Virus record (IMG/VR): IMGVR_UViG_3300042923_000281
Location: 1 to 64,000 of that record
DNA: 64,000 nucleotides
Strand: one strand, 5' to 3'
The notes below the pieces were generated by a model, which searched no databases, was not told where the DNA came from, and saw only the letters and a program-made list of their open reading frames with translations. A program made the translations under genes and the position numbers. Of this stretch, positions 29,228 to 37,892 are shown one piece after another. Position 1 is the first letter of the stretch. Every line of letters begins with the position of its first letter.

Positions 29228-29713
29228 CTACTGGAGATCTAGCATGGACAGCAGGATCAGGAACACAGCCCAGTGGTTGCCCTTGAGGAACGCTTCGATC
29301 TGATCCTGCTTGGCAGCATACTGACGGATGTCATCCGGCACCAGCTTGCAGCGCGCCATCCATGACAGGTTGGTGGCCAAGTGGGTGATGAACGCATCGT
29401 AGTTCTCGGTCGACGTTGGGTTGTTCAACCAGATGTAGGATGCTCCGGTCACGTAGAAATCGAACACGGTTTCCTTGAGCTCACCTTCAAGCTCGGTGTT
29501 CTCCACGTAACGCTGCCACAGCTCCGCAGCATGGACCTCATCGTGCATCGCGTACCACCGCACACGCCGCAACTGAGGCATGTCGTTGTTCATGATCTGC
29601 TCACGCAGCCCAAGCGCAACGTTGGTGGTCTCAGCGAATTGGATCTGGGCCCACTTGAGCAGGGTCTGGTTCAGTCCTTCCAGCGTGCTGCGGTCTGTTT
29701 CAGTTGCAGACAT
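29228..29713 (-). CDS. Hypothetical protein
   Basis: 161 aa, GAGG RBS. Confidence 0.7.
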   Translation of the reverse strand: MSATETDRSTLEGLNQTLLKWAQIQFAETTNVALGLREQIMNNDMPQLRRVRWYAMHDEVHAAELWQRYVENTELEGELKETVFDFYVTGASYIWLNNPTSTENYDAFITHLATNLSWMARCKLVPDDIRQYAAKQDQIEAFLKGNHWAVFLILLSMLDLQ

Positions 29714-29716
29714 CTG

Positions 29717-30418
29717 TTACACCTCGTCAATGTCGGTATCAATCATCATGCCCCGGAACAGTTTACCCACAGTCGACGTGGACGTGGTCACACCACCGCC
29801 CGCGGTGACATCGACGATGCTGGCTTCCCCGTTCTCGATCAACTGACGATCGAATTCTACTTGTGCGGCACGGTCACCGCCTCGCACCTTGATCTCTTCG
29901 ATCAAAGTGTGCTCAAGCCCTTGGGCGAGCTGTGCCTGTAGTTCAGGGAACGAAATCTTGGAGCCTTTCGACTTCCCGGTCACCTGGCCTGACATCTCAT
30001 CGACGTGGCGCGAGTTCTCCGGGATCGAAGACTTCTTGGTGAGCATCTGGGCCTGACGCCTTACGGTCATGTCAAGCACGAGATACTTCTGAGGGGTGAG
30101 GAATACCCGACCTGTCTGCGGGTCTGTCAGCCATAGCTGTTCAAAGAACTCAAAGCCGATCATGTCTGCCACCTTCAAGAGGTTAGGCATTGTGACCCGT
30201 GGATCTTTCAGGTTAGGAGAGTAGAACGGCAGGATTTCCTGCGTCGCAATCCCTTCTTCAGTCGTTGGCTTCGCCAGTGCACGCACGTACTCATCGAACT
30301 CTTCATCCGACATGGCGTCAAGGCGCTTCTTGGTCAGGTCGCTGTTATAGGTGTCACCCGGAATAATCTCCGCAATGGCCCCTACAATAAACGCAGTGAC
30401 TTCTACACGACTGGCCAT
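29717..30418 (-). CDS. Virion RNA polymerase beta subunit, C-terminal part (phiKZ gp149-like)
   Basis: RRQAQMLTKK...SGQVTGKSKGSKISFPE...KVRGGD corresponds to the beta C-terminal region. Confidence 0.8.
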   Translation of the reverse strand: MASRVEVTAFIVGAIAEIIPGDTYNSDLTKKRLDAMSDEEFDEYVRALAKPTTEEGIATQEILPFYSPNLKDPRVTMPNLLKVADMIGFEFFEQLWLTDPQTGRVFLTPQKYLVLDMTVRRQAQMLTKKSSIPENSRHVDEMSGQVTGKSKGSKISFPELQAQLAQGLEHTLIEEIKVRGGDRAAQVEFDRQLIENGEASIVDVTAGGGVTTSTSTVGKLFRGMMIDTDIDEV

Positions 30419-30428
30419 CTAACGTACC

Positions 30429-30713
30429 TCAGTGAATGGTGGGCAGATCGTGCGAGACGATCGTTGGCAGCACCAGTTGTTCAAAATGACGCAGCCAATC
30501 ACGCGGGGCCACTTCATCAACCAAGCACGTACGCGCCGAGATGGTCGAGGAGTGAAGACGAATCAACTGGTCACGCCAGTAACGATTCAGTTCACGGATT
30601 TCATCGCGCTCATCGCCAGGGCGGACATTGAAGTCCCGGGCGAAACGAGTCGCTGCATTAGGGTTACGGTCCGCCAGCATATCAACGACGGCGGACACAA
30701 TCGAGTTGCTCAT
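30429..30713 (-). CDS. Small conserved hypothetical protein
   Basis: 94 aa, GGAGG RBS. Confidence 0.65.
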   Translation of the reverse strand: MSNSIVSAVVDMLADRNPNAATRFARDFNVRPGDERDEIRELNRYWRDQLIRLHSSTISARTCLVDEVAPRDWLRHFEQLVLPTIVSHDLPTIH

Positions 30714-30775
30714 GAGAGTGCCTCCAGGGATTGTGAGATAGAGGCCGGCGGCTTGCGCACACCGGCCTCAGATGA

Positions 30776-32338
30776 TTAGGAAACTTTCGCGTCCTGACGG
30801 GCAGCGATCTTCTTCAACAGATCAGCGCCTGTAACGGGCTTCGGAAGGTCCGGTTGCTGCGAAGGTGCAGCGGCTGTAGCCACAGCCTTGGTAGCGATGC
30901 CTTTAGCTTTCAGGGCAGCGTCGTACCAGTACGGACGGTAGGTGCCGGCACGCATGTTGAGCAGGTCCATCGTCGACAAGAACGGAATGTCGGCGTAGGT
31001 GCCTTTCTCTTCAAGCGGCAGCCAGAAGCCACGGGTGTCCAACAACAAGTCCCAATCGTACCCAGCGGCGATAATGCTGTCGTAGAGTTCTTTCGGGGTG
31101 CACAGCAGGTCCTCTGGCAGGTCGTGCCACAGGTTACGCATCATGCACAGCTCAGCAGTGATGTTCATGGCGCGTTGCAGACGCGAATTGGTTTCCAGCA
31201 GCATGCGGACCGTTTTACGCGTGAGGTTTTGTTGCGGGTACAGATCAAGGCGGAAGTTTGGTTTGCCCTTCGCCTTGTTGCCGTCTTTGTCCGAGATACC
31301 AAAGTACTCGAAACCTTTGCAGTAGCTGAACTCGGTCAGCTCTGGCTTGAGGCCTTCCGACTGAGACACCACCACTTCGAACGGGATACCGGACGGCCCG
31401 GACTTCCCGCGCAGGTTCACCAACGTGATGCAGATCAGGTCAGTGTCGCCCTTCAGATCGTCTTCATCGTCACGTGGGTATTCAGGCTGCTTGTCGCCAT
31501 CGAGCAGAGGCTGGAGGGACACGCAGTACCAGCAGTTCGCCGTGAGGAAGGAGAAGTTCTCTGGGACCTTCTTCATCTTGAGGTCGCCTTTCAGGAACTT
31601 CAAGCGCTTCACGTTCGGCTTGTACATGTCGAGCTGGTATTCCTGACCGACGTGCGCAGTCATGGTCAGCAACAGGCCCGAACCACTGGTCACCGAAGTG
31701 ACTTGGTCGATCAACTGGCTCTTCGCACCGGCAGCCTTCATGGCCACCATGTTCAACTCTTTGTTACCGATGTCGCCCTTGTCGTACATGTTCATGACGC
31801 CTTCAGTCTGGAGACCAGACAGGGAGTCAAGGAACGAAAGGGTTGGACTCGGGATCTTGATGAGCTCACCACTCGACTCATCGACGAATGGCGTGGTGAT
31901 CAGGATCGACTTGTCCTTGCGACGGCTTTCACCGTACTCGCGCATGACGTTCCACCATTCGTTACCGTTGTACACGGTAGCGTCGGTGAATAGGAGGCGG
32001 CCCTGCTCGACCAGATCGATGCCGAACAGTTCAGGGAACTGACGGAATACGTTCATGATACGGCCGGGGGACAGCGTATTCTCTGAGTCATGCGCCATCA
32101 TAATGGCCAGTGAGACTCGGTTCAATACGGAACCTTGCTGAAAGAGCGAGATGACCGTCTTGAACATGTTGGGCAAGCCTGCTACGCCGGTGAAGTGGTT
32201 GAGACCACCGCACAGGATCGATTCGCCGTGCTTGCCCTTATAGTACTTACCGGTCTGGATGTCGAAGAGCGCGCCGATGTTCCACATGGGACGAATCGAC
32301 GGAGCCTTCTTGAACATGGCAAAAGGGTTGTTGGACAT
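30776..32338 (-). CDS. uvsX: UvsX/RecA-like recombinase (phiKZ gp152-like)
   Basis: 520 aa from MSNNPF; divergent Walker A GLPNMFKT, DSE, FLDSLS Walker B, RGKSGPSG. Confidence 0.75.
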   Translation of the reverse strand: MSNNPFAMFKKAPSIRPMWNIGALFDIQTGKYYKGKHGESILCGGLNHFTGVAGLPNMFKTVISLFQQGSVLNRVSLAIMMAHDSENTLSPGRIMNVFRQFPELFGIDLVEQGRLLFTDATVYNGNEWWNVMREYGESRRKDKSILITTPFVDESSGELIKIPSPTLSFLDSLSGLQTEGVMNMYDKGDIGNKELNMVAMKAAGAKSQLIDQVTSVTSGSGLLLTMTAHVGQEYQLDMYKPNVKRLKFLKGDLKMKKVPENFSFLTANCWYCVSLQPLLDGDKQPEYPRDDEDDLKGDTDLICITLVNLRGKSGPSGIPFEVVVSQSEGLKPELTEFSYCKGFEYFGISDKDGNKAKGKPNFRLDLYPQQNLTRKTVRMLLETNSRLQRAMNITAELCMMRNLWHDLPEDLLCTPKELYDSIIAAGYDWDLLLDTRGFWLPLEEKGTYADIPFLSTMDLLNMRAGTYRPYWYDAALKAKGIATKAVATAAAPSQQPDLPKPVTGADLLKKIAARQDAKVS

Positions 32339-32413
32339 TGACTCTATTCCATCTGAAAGAGGTTCGGTTGTGCGCAAACGATATGAAAAACTACTTTCTT
32401 TTAACACGGAGCC

Positions 32414-33250
32414 ATGTGGATGACCACCGACTACCAAACCGCCCTCGACACCGTATCCATGGAAGATTTGACGAACCTTGCTCGCGTCATCTCCATGGAA
32501 CACGCCACCGTACCCACCTTCACCATTGACTCGAAGCAGCGCTTCGGCCAGTTCTTCAAGCGGGCAGGCACCTTCTTCAACGCAATGAAGATGCCGTTCC
32601 TCGCTGGCGTCAAGTTGTTCTCCAATGACATGGATGGTCTCGTCGGCAAAGTCGGCTTCGTCGATGCGGCCAGCAAGAACATCATTGTCCCTGAAGGCTT
32701 CATCGGCCTGTGGCTGCCTTACTCTGCCCTCCTCAACGAGGCCATGGGTCGTGCGGTCAAAACCGAATACATGATCCGTAGCTTCAACGAGACACTGGGC
32801 CAGTTGGCAAATGACCCGATGCTGCTCGAATCGGCTTCCGGTATCGGCTACAGCGGTCCGACCGATCTCGGCCTGACCACCAGCATGCAAGACGTAGGCA
32901 AGACCTACTTCGATGGCAACAGCAACAACATCACGCGCACCCTGGGTGCTGTGGTTGAGCGTGCTGCTGACATCCGTGCGGTGCACAACAACATCAACGA
33001 TGCCATTGCCAAGGACAAAGCTCACCCAGCGTCCAAGTCGTTGGCTGCGGTGCAGCGCTCCATGGAGTTGTCTGAGAAGCTCATGCCTTACGTGGAAGGT
33101 AACTCCCGCGTGTCCAAGGCATCGATCCAAGAGCTGATCGACATCACCTTGCAGATCGCCAAAGAGATGGAATCGTACGGCGTCTTGCTGTTCCGTATCC
33201 GCCAATTCTCCGAGGCCCTGAAAGACAGTGTCAAAGAGCTGAAAAAGTAA
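32414..33250 (+). CDS. Virion (head) protein with S-x-E propeptide
   Basis: VSMED and ISMEH near the N-terminus; phiKZ gp153 position. Confidence 0.7.
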   Translation: MWMTTDYQTALDTVSMEDLTNLARVISMEHATVPTFTIDSKQRFGQFFKRAGTFFNAMKMPFLAGVKLFSNDMDGLVGKVGFVDAASKNIIVPEGFIGLWLPYSALLNEAMGRAVKTEYMIRSFNETLGQLANDPMLLESASGIGYSGPTDLGLTTSMQDVGKTYFDGNSNNITRTLGAVVERAADIRAVHNNINDAIAKDKAHPASKSLAAVQRSMELSEKLMPYVEGNSRVSKASIQELIDITLQIAKEMESYGVLLFRIRQFSEALKDSVKELKK

Positions 33251-33255
33251 CAGCC

Positions 33256-33297
33256 GCATAAAGTCGATGGGAGGGCACGAGTCCCTCCCATCTATGC
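33256..33297. terminator. Bidirectional GCATA...TATG hairpin
   Basis: GATGGGAGGG/CCCTCCCATC stem between convergent genes. Confidence 0.65.
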
Positions 33298-33301
33298 TGC
33301 G

Positions 33302-33682
33302 TCATGCCAATCTTTCGTGGTGCTGCGACTGACGAAGAACACGTTCAACGTCACGGCACATGGTTTCCCTGTCCAAGTAACGCAACCATTTAGGCATGGT
33401 TCCATAGACCAGTTCAACCGCCTGTTTATAATCGCCTTCCTCACAGCACTTAACGATCTGGTCGACATTCTTACCCTTCCAAAGCATCCGAGCAGACATC
33501 GCTGGGAAAGAAAGGGTCGTTGGGTCATTGACCAGGTAGAAAAGCTTGTTGAACTCTGCAAGTAGGGAATCGTCAGGGTCGTAGTTCCGAATCAAACGGA
33601 AGTACAGACTTACCACAAACACAATGCGTTTGAAGGAAGTCCAGAACCCCATTGACTGGTTTATCGCAACAGATCGGTACAT
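33302..33682 (-). CDS. Hypothetical protein
   Basis: 126-aa ORF. Confidence 0.65.
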   Translation of the reverse strand: MYRSVAINQSMGFWTSFKRIVFVVSLYFRLIRNYDPDDSLLAEFNKLFYLVNDPTTLSFPAMSARMLWKGKNVDQIVKCCEEGDYKQAVELVYGTMPKWLRYLDRETMCRDVERVLRQSQHHERLA

Positions 33683-33692
33683 AGCCGAGCCC

Positions 33693-35192
33693 TTAGTTCA
33701 CAAGTTTGAAATTGCCGAACGGGTTGGCCCAGATCCCAATGTCGTGCTCTGTCTCGATAATGGTTGCGTAACGGATCACCGAATCAGACTCACGCCAGGT
33801 CAGAGCCACCACTCGCTTGACTACATCCGCGAGCGCCGACAGCGCATTTCGACCAATGATGTCGGAACCCACGATGAGTCGGACTTTCGCCTTCGTCGTC
33901 GGGACCTCGTCCATCGCCCTCAGCTCGCGGGCGAAGCCAGTGTTGTAATCCACGTTCACATCAAGGTGTTTCACCGCTGAGGTGATTTCCTTGCGCAACT
34001 TGCGCGTGACCACTGCCTTCTTTTCCACGGCTTCATATAGTAGGTCGGTCAAATCGGTAGCGATCACCGACTTGTCACCCTCCATGAACTGATCAAGGAT
34101 GATCGACATACATTCCAGGTTGTCTACGTTGTAGTAGGACAACCCGGTGGGTGTAACGTGATGGATGACCGGGATCTTCTTCTCCGTCTGAAGACTCCAG
34201 TTGGCCTTGTTCCGCCTGAGCACGTCCATACCGAAACGCAAGATGTCTTCGGTGGTGTTCACGTTCAGGATGTTACGCAAGGCACCTACAAACAGGTGAC
34301 CTTCTTGGTTCTTGTCCATCTCGACAAAGTGTTGACGCACTTTTCTCAAGACTTCAACGTCGTCTTTCAAATAAAGAACAGCGTTGCTTGAGTCAGACTG
34401 CGGCTTCGCAATGTCTTCATCATCCCCATGCTGACCCGTCCAGAAGACGTGGCGACCATCCTTTGAGACCCTGCGCTCCATAGCGTCGGAACTGAAATAC
34501 CACTTAGGCTGGTCAAACATGCGGTTGTAGGTACCGGATGACTTCCAGTAACCTTCCGGCTTTTGCTCGATCTTGTACGTGAGCTCATAGCCATTGAGGC
34601 CCAGACTGTTGCCCTTACCGGCCCAGCCGTCTGCTTTCTCATTCCCGGTGTGGCCGTTGTGCCCTTTGATCCACGCCAGGGTGACTTTGTTCTCTTTGTC
34701 GCGCAACTGACCCAGCAGGGTATCCACAGCGACCCAGTCAGCCTTGTTGGCCACTTCTTCGCCGTCCTGCTTACGCCAACCGGTTTGCTTCCATTTGTTC
34801 AGGTACTGGTTAACACCTTTGACCACATACTGGGAATCCGAGTAGATGATCGTTTCAGTTAACCCTTTATCGAGGACGTACGATAATGCCTCCTTTGCAG
34901 CGAGTAGCTCAGTGTGGTTGTTGCTGCCTGCTTTAGGCACCCCACCGAAGCTGTCGATGTAATTGAGAACGTTGACGGCTTTCTGCTCATCCTTCGTGTC
35001 GGAGTAGCCATTAGCCGTAGGTGTCGATCCTGGTACACCACTGCCACGGGTCTTGTCCGGTAACGCGTCTGCCGTGTACACGTAACCGTGCAAGCCCCAC
35101 CCCCCAGCGCGTTCACTGCTATAAAACCCACCGTCGGCGTACAATACCCCATTGTAGCCTACGGGTGCCGGGCTTTCCTTAACATCCGTCAT
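33693..35192 (-). CDS. Ribonuclease HI with C-terminal extension
   Basis: YADGG, SNNHTEL, YSDSQY, VANKADW, WIKGHNGHTGNEKAD. Confidence 0.9.
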   Translation of the reverse strand: MTDVKESPAPVGYNGVLYADGGFYSSERAGGWGLHGYVYTADALPDKTRGSGVPGSTPTANGYSDTKDEQKAVNVLNYIDSFGGVPKAGSNNHTELLAAKEALSYVLDKGLTETIIYSDSQYVVKGVNQYLNKWKQTGWRKQDGEEVANKADWVAVDTLLGQLRDKENKVTLAWIKGHNGHTGNEKADGWAGKGNSLGLNGYELTYKIEQKPEGYWKSSGTYNRMFDQPKWYFSSDAMERRVSKDGRHVFWTGQHGDDEDIAKPQSDSSNAVLYLKDDVEVLRKVRQHFVEMDKNQEGHLFVGALRNILNVNTTEDILRFGMDVLRRNKANWSLQTEKKIPVIHHVTPTGLSYYNVDNLECMSIILDQFMEGDKSVIATDLTDLLYEAVEKKAVVTRKLRKEITSAVKHLDVNVDYNTGFARELRAMDEVPTTKAKVRLIVGSDIIGRNALSALADVVKRVVALTWRESDSVIRYATIIETEHDIGIWANPFGNFKLVN

Positions 35193-35249
35193 TTACTGCA
35201 CCCTATAAAGTGTTAGGCACTTGTCACAGTGCTCATGTGATACACCGGA

Positions 35250-35618
35250 TTATTTCTGAAAAACAGGACTCGCGGTCCGACCACATTTCATGTTGTGTCG
35301 GTTGATGTCTTCGCGCAAATACTGCTCTTCATGATCGATGTATTGCTTGACCTTTTCGGTGTGGGCAAGGAGCACGTCATTGATCTCATCCGGCGTGAGC
35401 TTGGTGATGTCGACCTTGGGGAATTGGGGTCTGACGTGCTGTAGGTAGACGGTGCGTTTGAATTCACCGCAGGGTTGCTCAGCGGTCTCGTCCGTCAGCT
35501 GGAAGGAGAAGACAGTGGTGCGGTTGTCGATGGTCTGCACTACGCTGCACGAACCAAGGAACACAAATATCCAGCACAGGTGGAAGATCCGGCTTCCTTT
35601 CAGTAAACCAGTAACCAT
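35250..35618 (-). CDS. Lipoprotein, candidate o-spanin
   Basis: Short hydrophobic signal ending in lipobox FLGS-C. Confidence 0.55.
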   Translation of the reverse strand: MVTGLLKGSRIFHLCWIFVFLGSCSVVQTIDNRTTVFSFQLTDETAEQPCGEFKRTVYLQHVRPQFPKVDITKLTPDEINDVLLAHTEKVKQYIDHEEQYLREDINRHNMKCGRTASPVFQK

Positions 35619-35628
35619 GGTGGTGAAC

Positions 35629-36066
35629 CTATTGGCTAAGCCGTTTCCAACGTTCGACGAGATCGTTGTTCGGCGGGCGAATGATAACCGGCTTTTCTTC
35701 CGGTGACTTGGGTTGGGGTTTGCGTGGCTCTGGAGGGCCAGTGGTGGTTGGGGTTTGAGGAGTCTTGGACTTGAGTTCGTAATAGCGATCGCGGTACCAC
35801 TCCATTCTCTCTTTGAGATATGGAATCTGTTCGTCGATCTCCTTCTTCATGGCAGCTTGAGTTCGCTCGTGTTCAGCGATGACATCTTCTTGGTCGAGTA
35901 CGATCAGATAGACGTGGATGAACATGAGAGTCATGATCACGAATCCCACCGTCGTAACGATTAATGAAAGGTTGTCTCGGACAAACTGTCGGAAGGTACG
36001 ATCACGCAGCCAAATCTCCCGGACAAAGCGGAAGAGTGCTTTAAGCACCTTAAAGAGCGTTATCAT
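35629..36066 (-). CDS. Single-TM coiled-coil protein, candidate i-spanin
   Basis: N-terminal TM (LSLIVTTVGFVIMTLMFIHVYLIVL), coiled coil, Pro-rich linker. Confidence 0.55.
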   Translation of the reverse strand: MITLFKVLKALFRFVREIWLRDRTFRQFVRDNLSLIVTTVGFVIMTLMFIHVYLIVLDQEDVIAEHERTQAAMKKEIDEQIPYLKERMEWYRDRYYELKSKTPQTPTTTGPPEPRKPQPKSPEEKPVIIRPPNNDLVERWKRLSQ

Positions 36067-36150
36067 CTTATTCCCTGGAAATGGTATGGACGTTCCGAGT
36101 ATTCTTTAACGATTGTCATAGAGTACGTGACAATCAGCACGGAGATAGAC

Positions 36151-37506
36151 ATGTATAAACTCAAGGCTTTTTGCCAGATCGCCGCGTTGATTGACAACAC
36201 GGTCGACATCGTGGCACCGATCGGGGAATTGTCCGATCGTGGATTTACCTACGGTCGGAATAAAGAGAAGTTGAACTCGGCAGCCTCCCCTGGCTACACC
36301 TTGATTGGCTTCTCCAGCAAACGTGATGGCACCGATGAGCAGATCAATGGCATCTTGGCTCAAGACCTGCTGGCCGTCTGCAAGTGGGCCTACGAATCGG
36401 CCCTCTCTGGCAAGTTCAACGCGACCAGCGAAAGCTTCCGCGTAGCGTTCGTTCAGAAGTGGAACGCCAAGTACTCCATCTACACCACCGGTTCCATGCT
36501 GGCCGCCTCTCAGGGCGTCTGGATGCCTACGGTCATTGAGATCCGTGACATCGCCAACGATGAACTCCAGTACAAGCTGTGGTTCGCCTCAGACACCTTC
36601 GAGCAGCAATACGACGAGTACCATATCGAAGTAGTGCCGCCGGTGGAAGAACTGGACGTGTTCTTCTTGGGTCGCCAAGCGGTCATCACTGCACTGGCTG
36701 CTGAAACCCACGAAATCAAGATGGAGAAAGTCCAGGCCATCCGTGAAGTCTACCCTGAGTCGTTCATCAGCGGTCCGATGTACGAGTGGTACGACCCGAC
36801 TGACCCGTTGGACAAGACCCGTCGCATTGCCACCTACTGGACCCCATTGGTCTACGGCATTGCCGGTAACAACGTCGACGCGATCAAAGAGGCTCTGCGC
36901 GATTACATCCTGAGCCATTCCACCCACACCAAGGATGAATGGGCAGCGATCTTCCCAGAGATCTTCACCTCGACAGAGTTCGTCTTTGTTCCGATGTGGA
37001 AGAAGTACTCCATCCCCAACCGTGAACTGGCCACCGGTCTCTACAGTTCGGTGGCCAACCTGAACTACGCCAAGGCAGAGCTGATCCGTCTGGTGCGGGG
37101 TGAGGGCTACACGGACACCTACCTTGACGCTAACGCTGAGATCTTCGGTGCAAGCCACAAGGCAATCACGGTCGCTGTAGCCGGTGGTCCTCACAACCGT
37201 GACGGCGTCACCAGCTTCGTGCAGCGCTACTACGACTACATCAACGTGGACTCGGTCTCCTTGGACTTCATGCGAATGAACCCAGAGACTCGCCGCATGG
37301 TGTTGGCGTTGGCAGAGATGCTGGCTGTGGCGGAGGACATGACACCTGACTCGGCTGTTCCGGTCAAGTTCACTCGTCTGGTGCGTGACGGTGTGCTGTA
37401 CGTCTCCTACACCTTGGATCGTTTCCAGTTGATCGTGACGTCCAAGTGGTCGGCAGAAGACGCCACCCTGCAAGGCAACGGCACTGAAGAGCCAGTGCTG
37501 AACTGA
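36151..37506 (+). CDS. Virion structural protein
   Basis: GGAG RBS before MYKLKAF; ~451 aa; lies in the structural block. Confidence 0.7.
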   Translation: MYKLKAFCQIAALIDNTVDIVAPIGELSDRGFTYGRNKEKLNSAASPGYTLIGFSSKRDGTDEQINGILAQDLLAVCKWAYESALSGKFNATSESFRVAFVQKWNAKYSIYTTGSMLAASQGVWMPTVIEIRDIANDELQYKLWFASDTFEQQYDEYHIEVVPPVEELDVFFLGRQAVITALAAETHEIKMEKVQAIREVYPESFISGPMYEWYDPTDPLDKTRRIATYWTPLVYGIAGNNVDAIKEALRDYILSHSTHTKDEWAAIFPEIFTSTEFVFVPMWKKYSIPNRELATGLYSSVANLNYAKAELIRLVRGEGYTDTYLDANAEIFGASHKAITVAVAGGPHNRDGVTSFVQRYYDYINVDSVSLDFMRMNPETRRMVLALAEMLAVAEDMTPDSAVPVKFTRLVRDGVLYVSYTLDRFQLIVTSKWSAEDATLQGNGTEEPVLN

Positions 37507-37508
37507 CA

Positions 37509-37542
37509 GCATAGAGAGCGGGCCAATGGCCCGCTCTCTATG
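37509..37542. terminator. Bidirectional GCATA...TATG hairpin
   Basis: CATAGAGAGCGGGCCA-A-TGGCCCGCTCTCTATG. Confidence 0.7.
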
Positions 37543-37547
37543 TCGTT

Positions 37548-37892
37548 TCACCGAGGACAGCCTAATGTATCGAGGATCTCATCCTTGGACTCCTTCAGGT
37601 AGACTCCTGGAGAAGCTGCCAACAACGCGATCAACTTACCTTCACCGAAGTGCTTGGCAAAGTCATCCACTTTCATCAAGCGCATGCCCTGCCCTTCAAC
37701 GAATGCCACCATGCAGCCCCAAGCCCGCCAATCGGCAATGCTCGGTTCAATTGAGCACGACCGACCGGGAGCCCACTGTCGACGATAGAGGAAAGGCAAG
37801 TCACGCCCTGGGGCAGACCACTTGCCCTTCCCTTCACCCATCGTTCCAGCTCCCATAAAGAACTGTACCGTGTGATCCTGAATCCTCATCAC
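37548..37892 (-). CDS. Hypothetical protein
   Basis: 114 aa, GTGA overlap with the sbcC stop. Confidence 0.5.
   Translation of the reverse strand: MMRIQDHTVQFFMGAGTMGEGKGKWSAPGRDLPFLYRRQWAPGRSCSIEPSIADWRAWGCMVAFVEGQGMRLMKVDDFAKHFGEGKLIALLAASPGVYLKESKDEILDTLGCPR

Noticed and set aside
32339-33259. N-terminal ~307 aa of the 827-aa minus-strand ORF (30776..33259)
   Set aside because: It is the antisense shadow of the real + strand gene 32414..33250. The recombinase starts at MSNNPF (32338), so this is not a fusion or an intein.
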